Below, piece by piece: positions 54,401-64,000 of a stretch of DNA of 64,000 bases. Within the stretch, counting starts at the first letter, position 1. Every line of letters starts with the position of its first letter. The notes under the pieces were generated by a model. That model was not told where the DNA came from and ran no database searches. It saw only the letters and a list, made by a program, of their open reading frames with translations. The stretch lies in the NCBI RefSeq assembly GCF_963853765.1, contig NC_088854.1, positions 13,330,001 to 13,394,000 on the forward strand, given 5' to 3'. The position numbers were made by a program, and so were the translations under genes. Origin of the DNA: Magallana gigas (taxonomy: Eukaryota).

Positions 54401-55636
54401 CAAGAATTACATTTGGATTTTCACTTTGTCCAATATGCAAGGTACAACATTATGTTACATTAAGTTGGTCTTTTTTACTTTATTCCTATGTTGTTTGATT
54501 TTGATAATGATAAATGGTCCAAAAATTAAATTAAACATATATTTTATTTTCATATCAGAACCCAATAGACCACTCTGTGCTGAAGGAACTGCTGAAGCCG
54601 ATCCGTGACCTGTTCAGTGATGTGAAGCGGAAGGCTCTGATGAGACTGGAGTACGAGGGACTACACAAGGCCGAGGCCATCACCACCCCCGGGGCTCGCT
54701 TCTACAAGGACCCTGCTGGGTTTGCCATGGACAGATATGCCTACTATGTCTGCTACAAATGCAAAAAGGTATTTCAACAGTATATGTTTATATACACGTG
54801 TACAGGTAAATTATTAGTTTATATTTTGTGTAGAATATTTTCATTTCTACAGTAATTTGTTATGCTTGATTTTAAGGCTTATAATGGAGGTGAGGCCCGC
54901 TGTGATGACCAGATAGGGGTGGCTGAGGACTATGACCCCCGGGAGCTGGTGTGTGGGGGGTGCTCTGACGTCTCTAGGGCCCAGGTAACTTCAACCTTCA
55001 TCTCCATCTTACAATGTATCATAAGAGATGATTCAAACCACTCAAATTAATGTTATGAAAATGATGTTCAAATGAAAGTATCAATGTTAACAATCCTACA
55101 TTCCATTTACATTATCAATGTTGTAGATGTGTCCAAAGCATGGGACGGATTTCCTGGAATACAAGTGTCGCTACTGTTGCTCTGTCGCTGTCTTTTTCTG
55201 CTTCGGTACCACCCACTTCTGTAACGCCTGCCATGATGACTTCCAGAGAGTCACATCTATAGCCAAGACTGAGCTGCCCCACTGTCCGGCCGGTAAGAGA
55301 TAAAAAATGACTGTAGAATACAGGTAAAGAACTTAGGTAGTTTAAGGCCACACCAGGATGGCTGTACAATTAAATAATAACATGAGGTTGTTAGTGCATG
55401 GTTTGAGATAGTGTTGGGTTATAATTTAGATGAATTTCCTTCTCTATGTATTAACATACACATGTAGAGAGAAAACTGGCTCACTATTATTAGTAACAAA
55501 TGTGACTAAATCTTTCACAGGACCTAGGGGGAAACAGCTTGAGGGTGAGGAGTGTCCACTTCATGTCCAGCACCCACCCACAGGGGAGGAGTTTGCTTTG
55601 GGGTGTGGAGTCTGCAGAAACGCCCACACCTTCTGA
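12461..55636 (+). CDS. MYCBP2: E3 ubiquitin-protein ligase MYCBP2 (PAM/highwire/RPM-1, PHR family), complete, 84 coding exons, ~4667 aa
   Basis: Hand-traced exons, all GT-AG and phase-consistent: 12461-12585, 15037-15106, 15315-15542, 15802-15955, 16183-16364, 16547-16694, 17290-17402, 17527-17592, 17804-17900, 18013-18083, 18227-18368, 18618-18694, 18797-19007, 19344-19511, 19634-19789, 19940-20008, 20199-20462, 20745-20846, 21455-21571, 21719-21800, 22156-22270, 22377-22470, 22821-22952, 23095-23173, 23454-23528, 23677-23828, 23951-24076, 24264-24391, 24531-24622, 24836-24970, 25210-25293, 25466-25562, 25753-25945, 26176-26453, 26756-26986, 29770-29961, 31760-31963, 32217-32351, 32526-32707, 32948-33090, 33355-33452, 33767-33949, 34172-34519, 34656-34743, 34980-35035, 35206-35378, 35583-35727, 35905-36090, 36469-36640, 36871-36959, 37047-37163, 37570-37795, 37898-38022, 38156-38414, 41009-41314, 42408-42521, 42909-43236, 43327-43527, 43658-44367, 46194-47101, 47243-47450, 47661-47866, 48151-48324, 48546-48686, 48818-48961, 49240-49464, 49669-49734, 49940-50179, 50439-50594, 50906-51006, 51106-51256, 51552-51823, 51919-52006, 52101-52220, 52451-52558, 52733-52861, 53355-53481, 53714-53823, 54044-54232, 54334-54441, 54559-54768, 54877-54984, 55127-55292, 55521-55636. 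Total 14004 nt. Recognisable motifs: [66 protein letters not shown] and the C-terminus [21 protein letters not shown]. Confidence 0.96.
13886..14953. mobile_element. ~1.07-kb non-autonomous DNA transposon in MYCBP2 intron 1 (CAG termini, possibly hAT-like)
   Basis: Imperfect TIRs CAGCGCTCGAAGTTG and (reverse complement) CAGGACTCAAAGTAG; GCGAC/GTCGC motifs repeated near both ends; TATTT on both flanks (possible 5-bp TSD). No transposase ORF. Confidence 0.5.
20560..20669. mobile_element. ~110-bp Tc1/mariner-type MITE (TA-flanked)
   Basis: TA-CAGTAATTTGCCGA ... TCGGCAAATTACGG-TA; 14-bp TIR with one mismatch. Confidence 0.65.
20941..21281. mobile_element. TTAA-flanked non-autonomous DNA transposon (Kolobok-like), 341 bp
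   Basis: TTAA at 20937-20940 and 21282-21285; TIRs GGTACCTCACTACACC and GGTGTAGTGAGCCACC (14/16 match). GG...CC termini fit Kolobok rather than piggyBac. Confidence 0.75.
21044..21118 (+). pseudogene. tRNA-like (Arg-TCT-like) Pol III cassette inside the Kolobok-like element
   Basis: A-box TAGCTCAGTGG (21051-21061), loop CTTCTGA (TCT at 21077-21079), B-box GAGTTCGAATCC (21094-21105), TTTT at 21115-21118. The acceptor and anticodon stems do not pair. Confidence 0.55.
24264..25293 (+). other. MYCBP2: MYCBP2 PHR domain 1 exons
   Basis: [37 protein letters not shown]...[25 protein letters not shown]. Confidence 0.9.
27678..28786. mobile_element. ~1.1-kb non-autonomous Tc1/mariner-superfamily (pogo/Tc2-like) element
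   Basis: Perfect 26-bp TIR CCGTAATCCGGTGAATATAATACGCA at both ends, TA on both flanks, subterminal GGGGTGCGTATT repeats; no transposase ORF. Confidence 0.85.
29962..31450 (+). repeat. 40-bp minisatellite (consensus TGTAAGTCTGACTTGTCAAAGTCTCAGTTAAAGGTCTGGA), ~36 units with variant units
   Basis: Exact 40-bp period visible from 30001. Later units include GTTAGT and shorter CACAGC..CTGGTCTGTTT variants. The array begins at the donor of exon 29770-29961. Confidence 0.95.
31760..32707 (+). other. MYCBP2: MYCBP2 PHR domain 2 exons
   Basis: [30 protein letters not shown]...[26 protein letters not shown]. Confidence 0.88.
35206..36640 (+). other. MYCBP2: MYCBP2 FBXO45-binding region, filamin-type repeat and RAE1-binding motif exons
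   Basis: [63 protein letters not shown] (EELR motif). Domain assignment is from recalled PHR-family literature. Confidence 0.7.
38494..40778 (-). mobile_element. HINE-like element (reverse orientation) with ~160-240-bp tandem repeats and an inserted AT-rich satellite
   Basis: Left end TTTTAGCTCACCGAGACG...GGGAGCT hairpin, then a GGCGTC microsatellite remnant. CTTCACCA(A/G)ACTT units at 38611, 38788, 38969, 39205 and 39362. The right end carries the inverted subterminal repeat CGTCTCGGTGAGCT and the small palindrome GTAATC..GATTAC, ending in TT. Confidence 0.75.
39640..40630. repeat. ~1-kb degenerate AT-rich pentamer satellite (ATATG/ATATT/ATACA/GTATT-type)
   Basis: Continuous low-complexity TGATAT/ATTGTAT/ATACAAT runs, almost free of G+C. 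Confidence 0.85.
44396..46083 (-). mobile_element. HINE-like element (reverse orientation) with a ~440-bp higher-order repeat
   Basis: Terminal hairpin GTCTCCCCTTT-C-AAAGGGGAGAC (44403-44425), (CTT/CTTATT)n microsatellite, CACCTCCTAA anchors at 44791, 45231 and 45669. The subterminal GGGGAGAC recurs at 46038-46045, followed by a TGTTTTTTT..AAAAAAACA palindrome ending CTAGTT. Confidence 0.78.
49240..50179 (+). other. MYCBP2: MYCBP2 DOC/APC10-like domain exons
   Basis: [26 protein letters not shown]...[12 protein letters not shown]...[21 protein letters not shown]. Confidence 0.85.
52733..52861 (+). other. MYCBP2: MYCBP2 B-box-type zinc finger exon
   Basis: [30 protein letters not shown]...H. 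Confidence 0.85.
53020..53130. repeat. Short degenerate ~15-bp minisatellite (GTTTATGTCTGACAGT-like)
   Basis: The TGACAGT/TAACAGT motif recurs several times at roughly 15-nt multiples. Confidence 0.6.
54044..55636 (+). other. MYCBP2: MYCBP2 RING-H2 plus tandem-cysteine (RCR) catalytic module exons
   Basis: CMICFTEAL...[10 protein letters not shown]...CPICK; GGEARC (upstream relay Cys); [18 protein letters not shown] (downstream Cys). Confidence 0.93.
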
Positions 55637-55887
55637 GTGCTAGTCAGGGACTTCCCAGGGTAATGTAGTGTGTGCGTCACACAACCTGTGTCAGGTAGAA
55701 CAAGGATTTTATTGACCCTACATGACAAACTTTTATCAAAGAAAACTGTCTTCTGTGTATCCTATATGTACTTCCACTTCAATGTGATAAATTTTAAGGA
55801 GGTTTTATTAAAATATATCTGATGTGTCCAAGATCTTAAATTGCTCTTACGTTTTGTGCCAAAAATTAAAAAAAAAATCAATGATTT

Positions 55888-55893
55888 AATAAA
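55888..55893 (+). promoter_or_regulatory. Candidate polyadenylation signal for MYCBP2
   Basis: AATAAA about 250 nt after the stop codon; the actual 3' end could lie further downstream (ATTAAA near 56445). Confidence 0.35.
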
Positions 55894-58067
55894 GTTATAT
55901 AAAATTTAAAAAAGAAGGTATTAATAGTCATTTAATACAGTGCTTTGAAATACTATTGTTGTAGTTTATATTTGACAACCAAATGCATTAATCATTGATT
56001 ATTAATTTAATCATTGATACAAGTGAAATTGAGAGGTCTGAGGAATACTGAGTAGTATATCTCAATCATGTTATTTAAGGAATGATTTTTCCTAAAAAAG
56101 CTGCCTGTGTTTTGTGCTGACAATAGCTCTCTGTGTGTAATGTTTGAAATGTATTTTGTATTCAATTATTGTTTGATGCATATTGTATCAGCCTTTTAAT
56201 TTTTTCCGTGTTTCCATTTAATATATTTTTAAATGTGCTGCATTTTTTGGAAGTGCAATGCAATTGTATATTTATGTATTGAACCATGTTTTTTTCCAAC
56301 CTGAGAAATATGAGAAGAGTCTTGGCCTAGCAAGATAGACTATTGATTGCTTAAAGGTTTATAATGGAATGCAACATTCATGTAATAATGAACTACATTA
56401 TGAGGTGTACCTCCACTGCAGTGTCATTTGACTGTGATTTTGATTAAATATAAAAAGGCACTCTGTTCTTTGTGTGTGTTTTTTCTGTTTTGGTTTTTTT
56501 TTTTGGGGGGGGGGGGGGCTGGGTAGATTCATTAACTGCGAAGTTTTTTTTTTAACTTGCATATCAATTTATTTTTAAAACAATGGTTTCATTGAGTGAA
56601 ATCGAAGGAAAAATGGGGGGGGGGGGGGTTCTTTACCCTTAATATTTTTCCCCATTCTTTCTTTCTTACTTCCAGTAATGGAACAACTAACTACTCTTAT
56701 CATGTGAATAACAATTCATTCGGGTGTTTAATAAGATGGGTAAGAAGCAGCCAACAGTCGCCAGAATCTTATCTCTTGGTTTCTTTCATTAGAAAGTGGG
56801 CTCTTAAAGCATGCTCCGCGCTGACTTAAGAGCCGTGTCGCGTATGGAGTCCCTACCGATACCCGTTATCCATGGTAACTGTGGTCCGGTGATTGAGGTA
56901 GGACCCTCTCACTAATTGATTTCTCTCCCATCGATTGACTTTTATTGCTGCTTTAATACCAATTAATGTGAACAGCTACGATTTGAAATCAATTATCGAA
57001 GGGAGAGGAAAAAATATTATACCTTGTTATCTAAATGCTTTCTTTATAGGGACAACGTCCCGTCGGTTCGTTTATATTCAGAGGTTGCCATTTCACCGCA
57101 TTACAGAGGCCAAGTGGGATTATTTTATTGAAATTTTCCGTAATCCGTTTACAAGCGAGTACACAATTTCATTTTGTCGGATAGTAGGGATAAATATCGT
57201 GTTGTGGGTTTAAAATACTGGCTTAGGGACTCTCCTGTAGAGTCGTTAAGTAGTGATTTGAATACGATCGGTGCGCATGATGTCCTATAACATTCAGCAG
57301 ACACAACATGTGTGAATGCATTTAAGATTTACCAGAAATTGAAATTTAATCGAGAGAAAATTTAAAGAGGAAAAATTAAGAATCTCATTTTGATATCGCA
57401 GCCAGTTCAAGGACGAATTTGAAAATAGTGATAAAAGGTAAGAATTGAGTTTAACCTTCTTTTTTTTTTTTTAAATATGTACCTATACTTATTCTACGGT
57501 ACTTATGTTGATCTAGCTGTTCTGCTTATTTTTTTTCATGTTGAGATTGCTATCAAATAAATTCATTGTTACAGGTAGACAGGTTAATCTTTAATTTACA
57601 ATTCTATGCGTGAGAATTTCATTCACATCTCGTGGGGAAGGGTGATAGAATTCGGTTAACTATACCTTGAAATTATACCCGTTGGAAATATACTTCCGTT
57701 TGAAACTCATTGTATTGTTACAACCCGGTCGTAAAACTAGAGGTATATTAGATAACTTCTCTCGTGTAGAAAAAAAAAGCGTCCGGGAAAAATCTGGAGA
57801 CTATTTAAACACGTAAAATAAAGAAGAGTAAATAGTAATCTAGAGTAGTGTTGACAATTCCAGTCGTAAACCAATCTATATGACAATTTATCTATTCTGC
57901 ATACTCGATCAGAGGTTTTTTATGGACTAGGCCTCCGATTATATCCATTTGATCCATGAAACTGCATATCTTTTAATGGCGCGGATTTATATTGCCCAAC
58001 AATGATTTGATTTACATATACATGTATCTACAATTGCAGGCTGTGTGAATATTGTTGACGTTTTGCC

Positions 58068-59641
58068 ATGACCACGGATTCGGTAAATATTTTCTTCTTT
58101 TTTCTGTCCTTAATTAACTTCTTCAATAACTCTGTTACCTGTTTCAACAGAGTTTAAATCATAAATTGGTTAAATTACGCGATTTTCATTAAAATATAAC
58201 ACTAGTAATTGTTATTGATACTTGAAGCTGTGTTAATTTATCATTTTATTTGTTTATTTTCGCCAATGATTCGAAATATTATAATCAATATTAAGACTAG
58301 TGGGCAAATTGGACCAGCACAAAAACTTTTTAACGTTTTGTCGTTTAACTCGTCAGACTTGTTCTATTGGGTTCATTTTTTTTTTTATTTCAAACGATTT
58401 GTAAAACCAGAAATAAAGATTATTTGGTAATCAAGAGGGAAATTAATGTGCATATGGATAAAAACGCGCATTCATTTAATTATATGCACTTCATTTTAAA
58501 TTAAAGAAAGGATTATACGTTGTTGAACGTGCTACGAGTTTCTTCTCTGTCGGCGACGAACCCAGTAATCCGAAAATGCCGAAACAAAATCTTTTAATCT
58601 TTGGTGTTTTTTTTATCATTTTGAACCCGCTTTGTTACCGTTGGTTTCGTTTTGTTATTAAAAAATGAATTGTGATTCACTGCTAACAAATGAATGTTGA
58701 TTATGAGAATGTAAATCCGCGAATTAACCAATGCGTAATTGTTGCGCAATGTTTCTTTATGGAGAGTTAAAAAGTCAGCGTGTATAAACCCTTACAACTT
58801 GGGTTATGTTGGGTTACATAATGGTTTTAAGAATGTTATTTTAGTATAATAAACATTTTGAAATAACTTTCTATTTGACACGTGTCACAACACTCATCAG
58901 CTGCTCATCTTTTACACTTGACAAAGCATATTCCGTCTTTAAGTTAATTTTTAAAACAATTGTCGTTTGGACTATGGAAAGATTTTATTAAAGAAGTTGG
59001 TAGTCTCAGCAAATGGGTTAAACATATGCACTATTCTTAATTTATATCGACAGAGAAAGGAGTCCATTCCTATAGTTATTACAGATGATTCTCCGGACAC
59101 GTCGGGGGGTAATAGCAGGTTCCCTTCCAGGAAACAGTCAATGAAACCTGCCGGGGGGATGGGTCGCCGAAAGTCCATCATGAAGCTGTCTGGAACCACG
59201 GCCCTTGCCGGGCGACGCCTGACCAAGGCCCTGCTGGACCTTCCCGAGGAACAAAGCAGTATCGCCAACAAACCCAAAGTCCGCATGGAAAACACGTACA
59301 AAATGGCCCCCGACGAAGACACAACGTTCGTTCCATGGAAAGTTCGGAACGCCGTCTTGGATATTTTCAAGGAACAATTGTCCTCTGTGTCGTATGACAA
59401 CAAGACTGCCGGAAAACAGTGCTGTGATCTTGCCCAAATGATCCGAAATCGGGTCAGAAATATGGACTTTCCGCGCTATAAGATAATCTGCAATGTGATC
59501 ATCGGACAGTGCTCTGAGCAGGGACTGGAGGTGGCCAGTCGGTGTCTATGGGACGATAAATTCGACAACTATACCTGTATCGAGTACAAAAACCACTCTC
59601 TGTTTGCCATCGCTATGGTTCATGGTATTTTCTTTGAATAA
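58068..59641 (+). CDS. Tctex-1 domain dynein light chain (TCTEX1D/DYNLT-like), ~200 aa, two coding exons 58068-58082 and 59054-59641
   Basis: ATG ACC ACG GAT TCG|GTAAAT splices in phase 0 to CGACAG|AGA AAG GAG. The C-terminal MENTYKMAP...PRYKIICNVIIGQ...GLEVASRCLWD...NHSLFAIAMVHGIFFE is a Tctex-1 fold. Probable non-coding exon ending AAG|GTAAGA near 57438; AATAAA at 59824-59829. Confidence 0.85.
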
Positions 59642-61643
59642 CTCGTCCTTGTCGTCAATGCTAAGCTGTGATCTGTCTCGATGCATCCGTGCCTAACGTT
59701 ACATGTGTGCGGAAAACGGAGAAATCCTCATTTGTGTTTTTAATGCACCAGTATTTTATTAGCGTTTTGTCGGTATTTTATTTATACTTTATTTTGTGAA
59801 ATTGGATATGTAGATTATTCGACAATAAAATTGTGAATTATCATGTGTTTTGTATGAGATTAAGTCAAGTAGGACCCCCATTCGACCGGTTGACTTAAAA
59901 GAAGATTGGTCATCAAATAGGCAATACAGGGTGAAAACCATAACAGTATTCAATATTCATAGATCATCACATATAGGACTGCTAACGATTTGGACTAGAA
60001 CAATTTTAACAGGAGCTTGGACTTAGGGTAGTTGTGTCGAACAGAAATTTGAAGTAGGCCTATCTATTTCATTGTTGGCCACTCGGCCATGGCTCTTTGA
60101 AATCGACATGATTTGTCTGGCTTATGAGCTAAAACCATATATGAAATCTATGCATCCAGCGTCATTTTTAACTTGTTTTGATGAAGAAAAAAATAGATAG
60201 TAACGTCTTTTCAAAAGTCCAATGTCTTGTTAAATGGTTTTAATTTTGCATTTAAATATGTTCAAGAGTGACTTTTAAATAGATACAGTATGACAGACGG
60301 GGGAATAATTAAAACGGATGAAATGTCTAAATTGGGCGGAATACGAGTCTGAAAGACGTCAACATACGAGTACCTTAATTCTTTCAAAATTTCTTTTCTA
60401 ACAATGTATATGCAACAATGGACTTAATTAATTTAATCCAAAACCCTCAAGTAGTGTCATTTAAAAATTAGAACTTCAATGCCTTTTATTTTATAGGGTC
60501 TTTGCTCCATATTTTTGTCGTAGTCTAATTAAGGTCTAATGGAAAACATACCAATTTCAACCAACGAAAACTTAGAATGATGACCCACTTTACATTTGAA
60601 ATATCATTTGTCTCCCAATAATTGGACGTTTAAGGAAAATCATAGAAGTCCGTACACTCATGGCCAACATTAGAAATAGCATCAAAATAAACCACTTTAA
60701 TTGTTGTGATTTGAAATGTCTCACTGGTTAGGGCACCAGACATTTGATAACCTTAAAAAACCTGGCTTTTTAGGTTGAGGTTCAATGTTTGTTAAAATAT
60801 TTGGACTGACTTTGACAAAGTGTGCCTAGTGTAACAAATAAATGAATCTAAACAAAATTTTGAAATTGTATTTTATGATTAACCAAATGGGCATTTGCCT
60901 CCCCCCCCCCCCCCTTATTCGCTCATCAGAGGAAGGTATCGAGTAGACTAGCAATCAGCAACCCACCTTCAAAAGCCCAGGGTCGTGCGTCAACTCCAAG
61001 AGGACCCCTTATATTGATACAAATTATTTGAATGCATCTTGCCATGAGGAATATAATGATTTTGTATAAGAGAATACCACCATAAACATGATACATGGGT
61101 TGAGTTTTTAGTTTTTAACTTTTTAGCTTTTGACAAAGACTATATACTAGTATATATAGTTAATTAATTCAATGAAATTTATGCAAATTGACAGAGACTA
61201 TAAATTCTATAGTTTATCAACTCGACTGGTCTGAAACACAAGTTCCTAGAGTATGTATACTTCTACTAAAACACCCCCCCCCCCCCCAATTAATTTTTTT
61301 TTTTTACACTTTTGTATGAAAAGCCAGTTTTACAATGTTGGTTAAACATAAAACTAGGTTTACGGCTATAAACTATATGGTCTATGCGTAACACTTGAAA
61401 AGCAAAAATATCTAACTTAAAATTAGACGTAAAATACTCCTCTACGGTACGGTGACCGTAAAGGAGCGGAATTACCAGTCTAATTTTAATTAAATTGCAA
61501 TGCAAAACAAAATAAATGTGATATATATGCTAATATATCGGTTTTATGATTCATAAAATACTGTTTACGACTCTTAACTATAGTTAACGAATGGTTTGTA
61601 AACATGTATAATTAATCAACATCTATTTAAGCATTAGAATCGC

Positions 61644-61728
61644 CATCTTCGCTATAAAATATAGCCAAGGTTTTCTGATCCGCACCAAAGAAGCGATGCG
61701 GATCAGAAAACCTTGGCAAGCGAAGATG
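61644..61728. repeat. Near-perfect long palindrome / miniature foldback element
   Basis: 21-bp perfect stem GCCAAGGTTTTCTGATCCGCA / TGCGGATCAGAAAACCTTGGC with a 12-nt loop, plus an outer 10-bp stem CATCTTCGCT / AGCGAAGATG. Confidence 0.85.
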
Positions 61729-62129
61729 TAAAATCGCAAAAATGTAATATACACGTAGGCCTAGTTAAAGAATGCGTTTGAGAAACAGTTTAACAACAAA
61801 TATCTTATTGATTGTGTATTTGAGATGTACAATTTTAGAGTGCTGTGAAAATATATCACTATTCTAAACATTAGTTCATGAATTGAATATTTATGTGATG
61901 TATGAAGTAGATTCATAACTTATTGAGATGTTCTTAGAGATTTTAAATTGAAAGATTTTACATGTTACAGTTATAGTTAAAGCTATAAAAAATAATTTTG
62001 ATATATGGGTCTTAATTAAAGAAATAAATATCACCATTTAAAGAAAAAAATCACTGTTTTAATTAATATTTTGTATTATTGTTTTAATACAATATTATTA
62101 TGGAATTGCGTATATTTTTTTATGATTTA

Positions 62130-62132
<3 letters not shown>

Positions 62133-62170
<38 letters not shown>
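62133..62170. repeat. (GA)n microsatellite
   Basis: Perfect GA run of about 19 units. Confidence 0.95.
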
Positions 62171-62175
<5 letters not shown>

Positions 62176-62693
62176 TTTAGGCCAATGAAAAGTCGTCAAA
62201 TTGTCAACTGCGAACTATCAAAACAAATCGAGGTTCCACGTCATTTTCGCCAGTTTGTAGTTTGTTACAACCAGTTTTTGAACAATGCTGCACATCAAGT
62301 ATAATTCTAGGAACTTGTAAGCTGTTTTATAATGTAGTCAGCACATACAAACTGTAAGTATCTTTGCTGCCCGCTGCCATATCTCCTACAACAGATTTAT
62401 CGATTTCTTAAGCGTCTGACATTTATCTCGAATTTCCTCAGTATTGTAAACAAACTAATATATCTTTTTGCTAGAAATTTGTTTGTTTTATCAGTTTACT
62501 GTCATATCGAATTATTAAAATGAAAATGATAAGAAAAAGAAACCTTAATCATTACTGCAAAACTGTTACTTGATCTCAATAGAAATAAGTATCAAAAGTA
62601 TATTGTTGTTGTTGCAAATTTAACGGCTCTCTGATTAGCGGTCGGTTTGCCTCAGGTAAGTTCAGGTAAGGGATGGAGCCTAATTGATAAAGG

Positions 62694-62943
62694 TGTGAAG
62701 CCCGAGTCTTCGTGAAATGGTTAGGCAATCCCGGGCCGGGGCAAAACAAAAGATTGGCAGTTATTAATCTGCCAATCTCATTAAAGTTTTCAGGATATGT
62801 TACGGACCAGTATATTTGTATTTGCTGTAAATATTGCTGCAAAACAATGCATATTTTGGAATTGACGATTGCCGATCTGCCTCGGCTTTTATTTTGCCCC
62901 GGGCCGGGTTTGCCTACTCATTTTATCAAGACTTGTGAAGCCC
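62694..62943. mobile_element. Degenerate foldback/MITE with ~58-bp inverted arms
   Basis: AGTCTTCGTGAAATGGTTAGGCAATCCCGGGCCGGGGCAAAACAAAAG is an imperfect inverted repeat of CTTTTATTTTGCCCCGGGCCGGGTTTGCCTACTCATTTTATCAAGACT. TGTGAAGCCC is directly repeated at 62694 and 62934. Confidence 0.6.
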
Positions 62944-64000
62944 TAGGGAAACACACGAGCTTGTGTATTCATTTAAATATACACAGTTTGTTACAATGCT
63001 CTCAACATAGTTTTTTCGATGATCTAGAAAAGTATCATATTTTTATAAGTACTAGAAAAAGCAAATTGTCAATATCATTGAAATGAATAAAAGAACAACA
63101 CATGAATGACCCCATGTGATATTGGCTATATCTATCTTTTTCCATCATTTTTGATGGGTTTGACTGAGTTTTTATTGCGATGTTTCATGCAATATACAAT
63201 AATCAAACTGTAGTCAAATATAATAAATTAAGTGCAAAATTAATGCAACATAGGTTTGTATTTATAAGTTCTCTGATGAGCAGCTAATATGCACAATAAT
63301 TCTACCAGCTGTGCCTGTACCAAAGTTGTCATTACTTGCTTCTCTTCCATTATTAATTGGTGCATGAGAAATTTCTCAAAGAAATCATAGACATATATCT
63401 ATGAAGAATTGTGATATCTATAAATCATGGGCACAAGATTTGATGTAATTTAATTATTTATTCTCAATTATTCACAAATAAAAATCTTTATTTTGAAATT
63501 ATCATGGATGATCAGAGCCATTTGATTAATAGACTATTTAGGTGATCAGCATGTTTGTTATGGCATAAATTAAGTACAAATAAATTTTTAACTCTCAATT
63601 TTCAAAGGTGGAAAATTTATTCGTCAGTAGTTTCTTTTAATTATAGTCAAATAGACATGATATTTTAAGACAGTGCTTTTTTTCTCGGGCTTTAAAGTAA
63701 TGTCAATATTCTTGTGATGTTATCTCTTCATAGAAATAGATCCACATTTAGTCTAATGAAAGATGCAATAGTGTTTCCCTCCAATTTTTTTTAGAGGGGA
63801 TGGGGGTGGTGGTGCTGAACTAAGAAGCAAACCAACCATGAAAAACTTAATTGGGTAATATAATGTTTATTTCATACAGGGGATATGGGTCAGATCTTAA
63901 GAAGACATTTAGAATCGGAGAATGGAGTTGATAATGATGGGGCGGTTGCCAATAGATTCCCAGATTTGGCTAAGTTACCACCAGAAATCAGCATGGCTAT

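Overview
AT-rich, intron-dense animal genomic DNA, most likely from an oyster (Crassostrea/Magallana-like). This is inferred from ~166-bp satellite-bearing non-autonomous Helentron (HINE)-type elements; I could not run a search. The window is dominated by a complete MYCBP2/PAM/highwire/rpm-1 gene on the + strand. I traced it by hand as 84 phase-consistent GT-AG exons from ATG 12461 to TGA 55636 (14004 nt, about 4667 aa). The most striking observation lies 2.5 kb upstream on the same strand: a compact, intact second gene (core exons 8238-9981) encoding only the C-terminal RING-Cys-Relay (RCR) catalytic module of MYCBP2. It shares five intron positions, is about 50% identical in the exons I aligned, and retains all zinc ligands and both relay cysteines, but the mediator loop and esterification pocket are altered. 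Also present: an unrecognised minus-strand gene head-to-head with that mini-gene, a Tctex-1 domain dynein light chain gene (58068-59641), three HINE-like elements, several MITEs (one Kolobok-like element carrying a tRNA-like cassette), a 40-bp minisatellite grown out of a MYCBP2 splice donor, and three candidate frame-preserving microexons in MYCBP2 introns. Exon coordinates and human residue numbers come from manual reading and memory and should be verified computationally.
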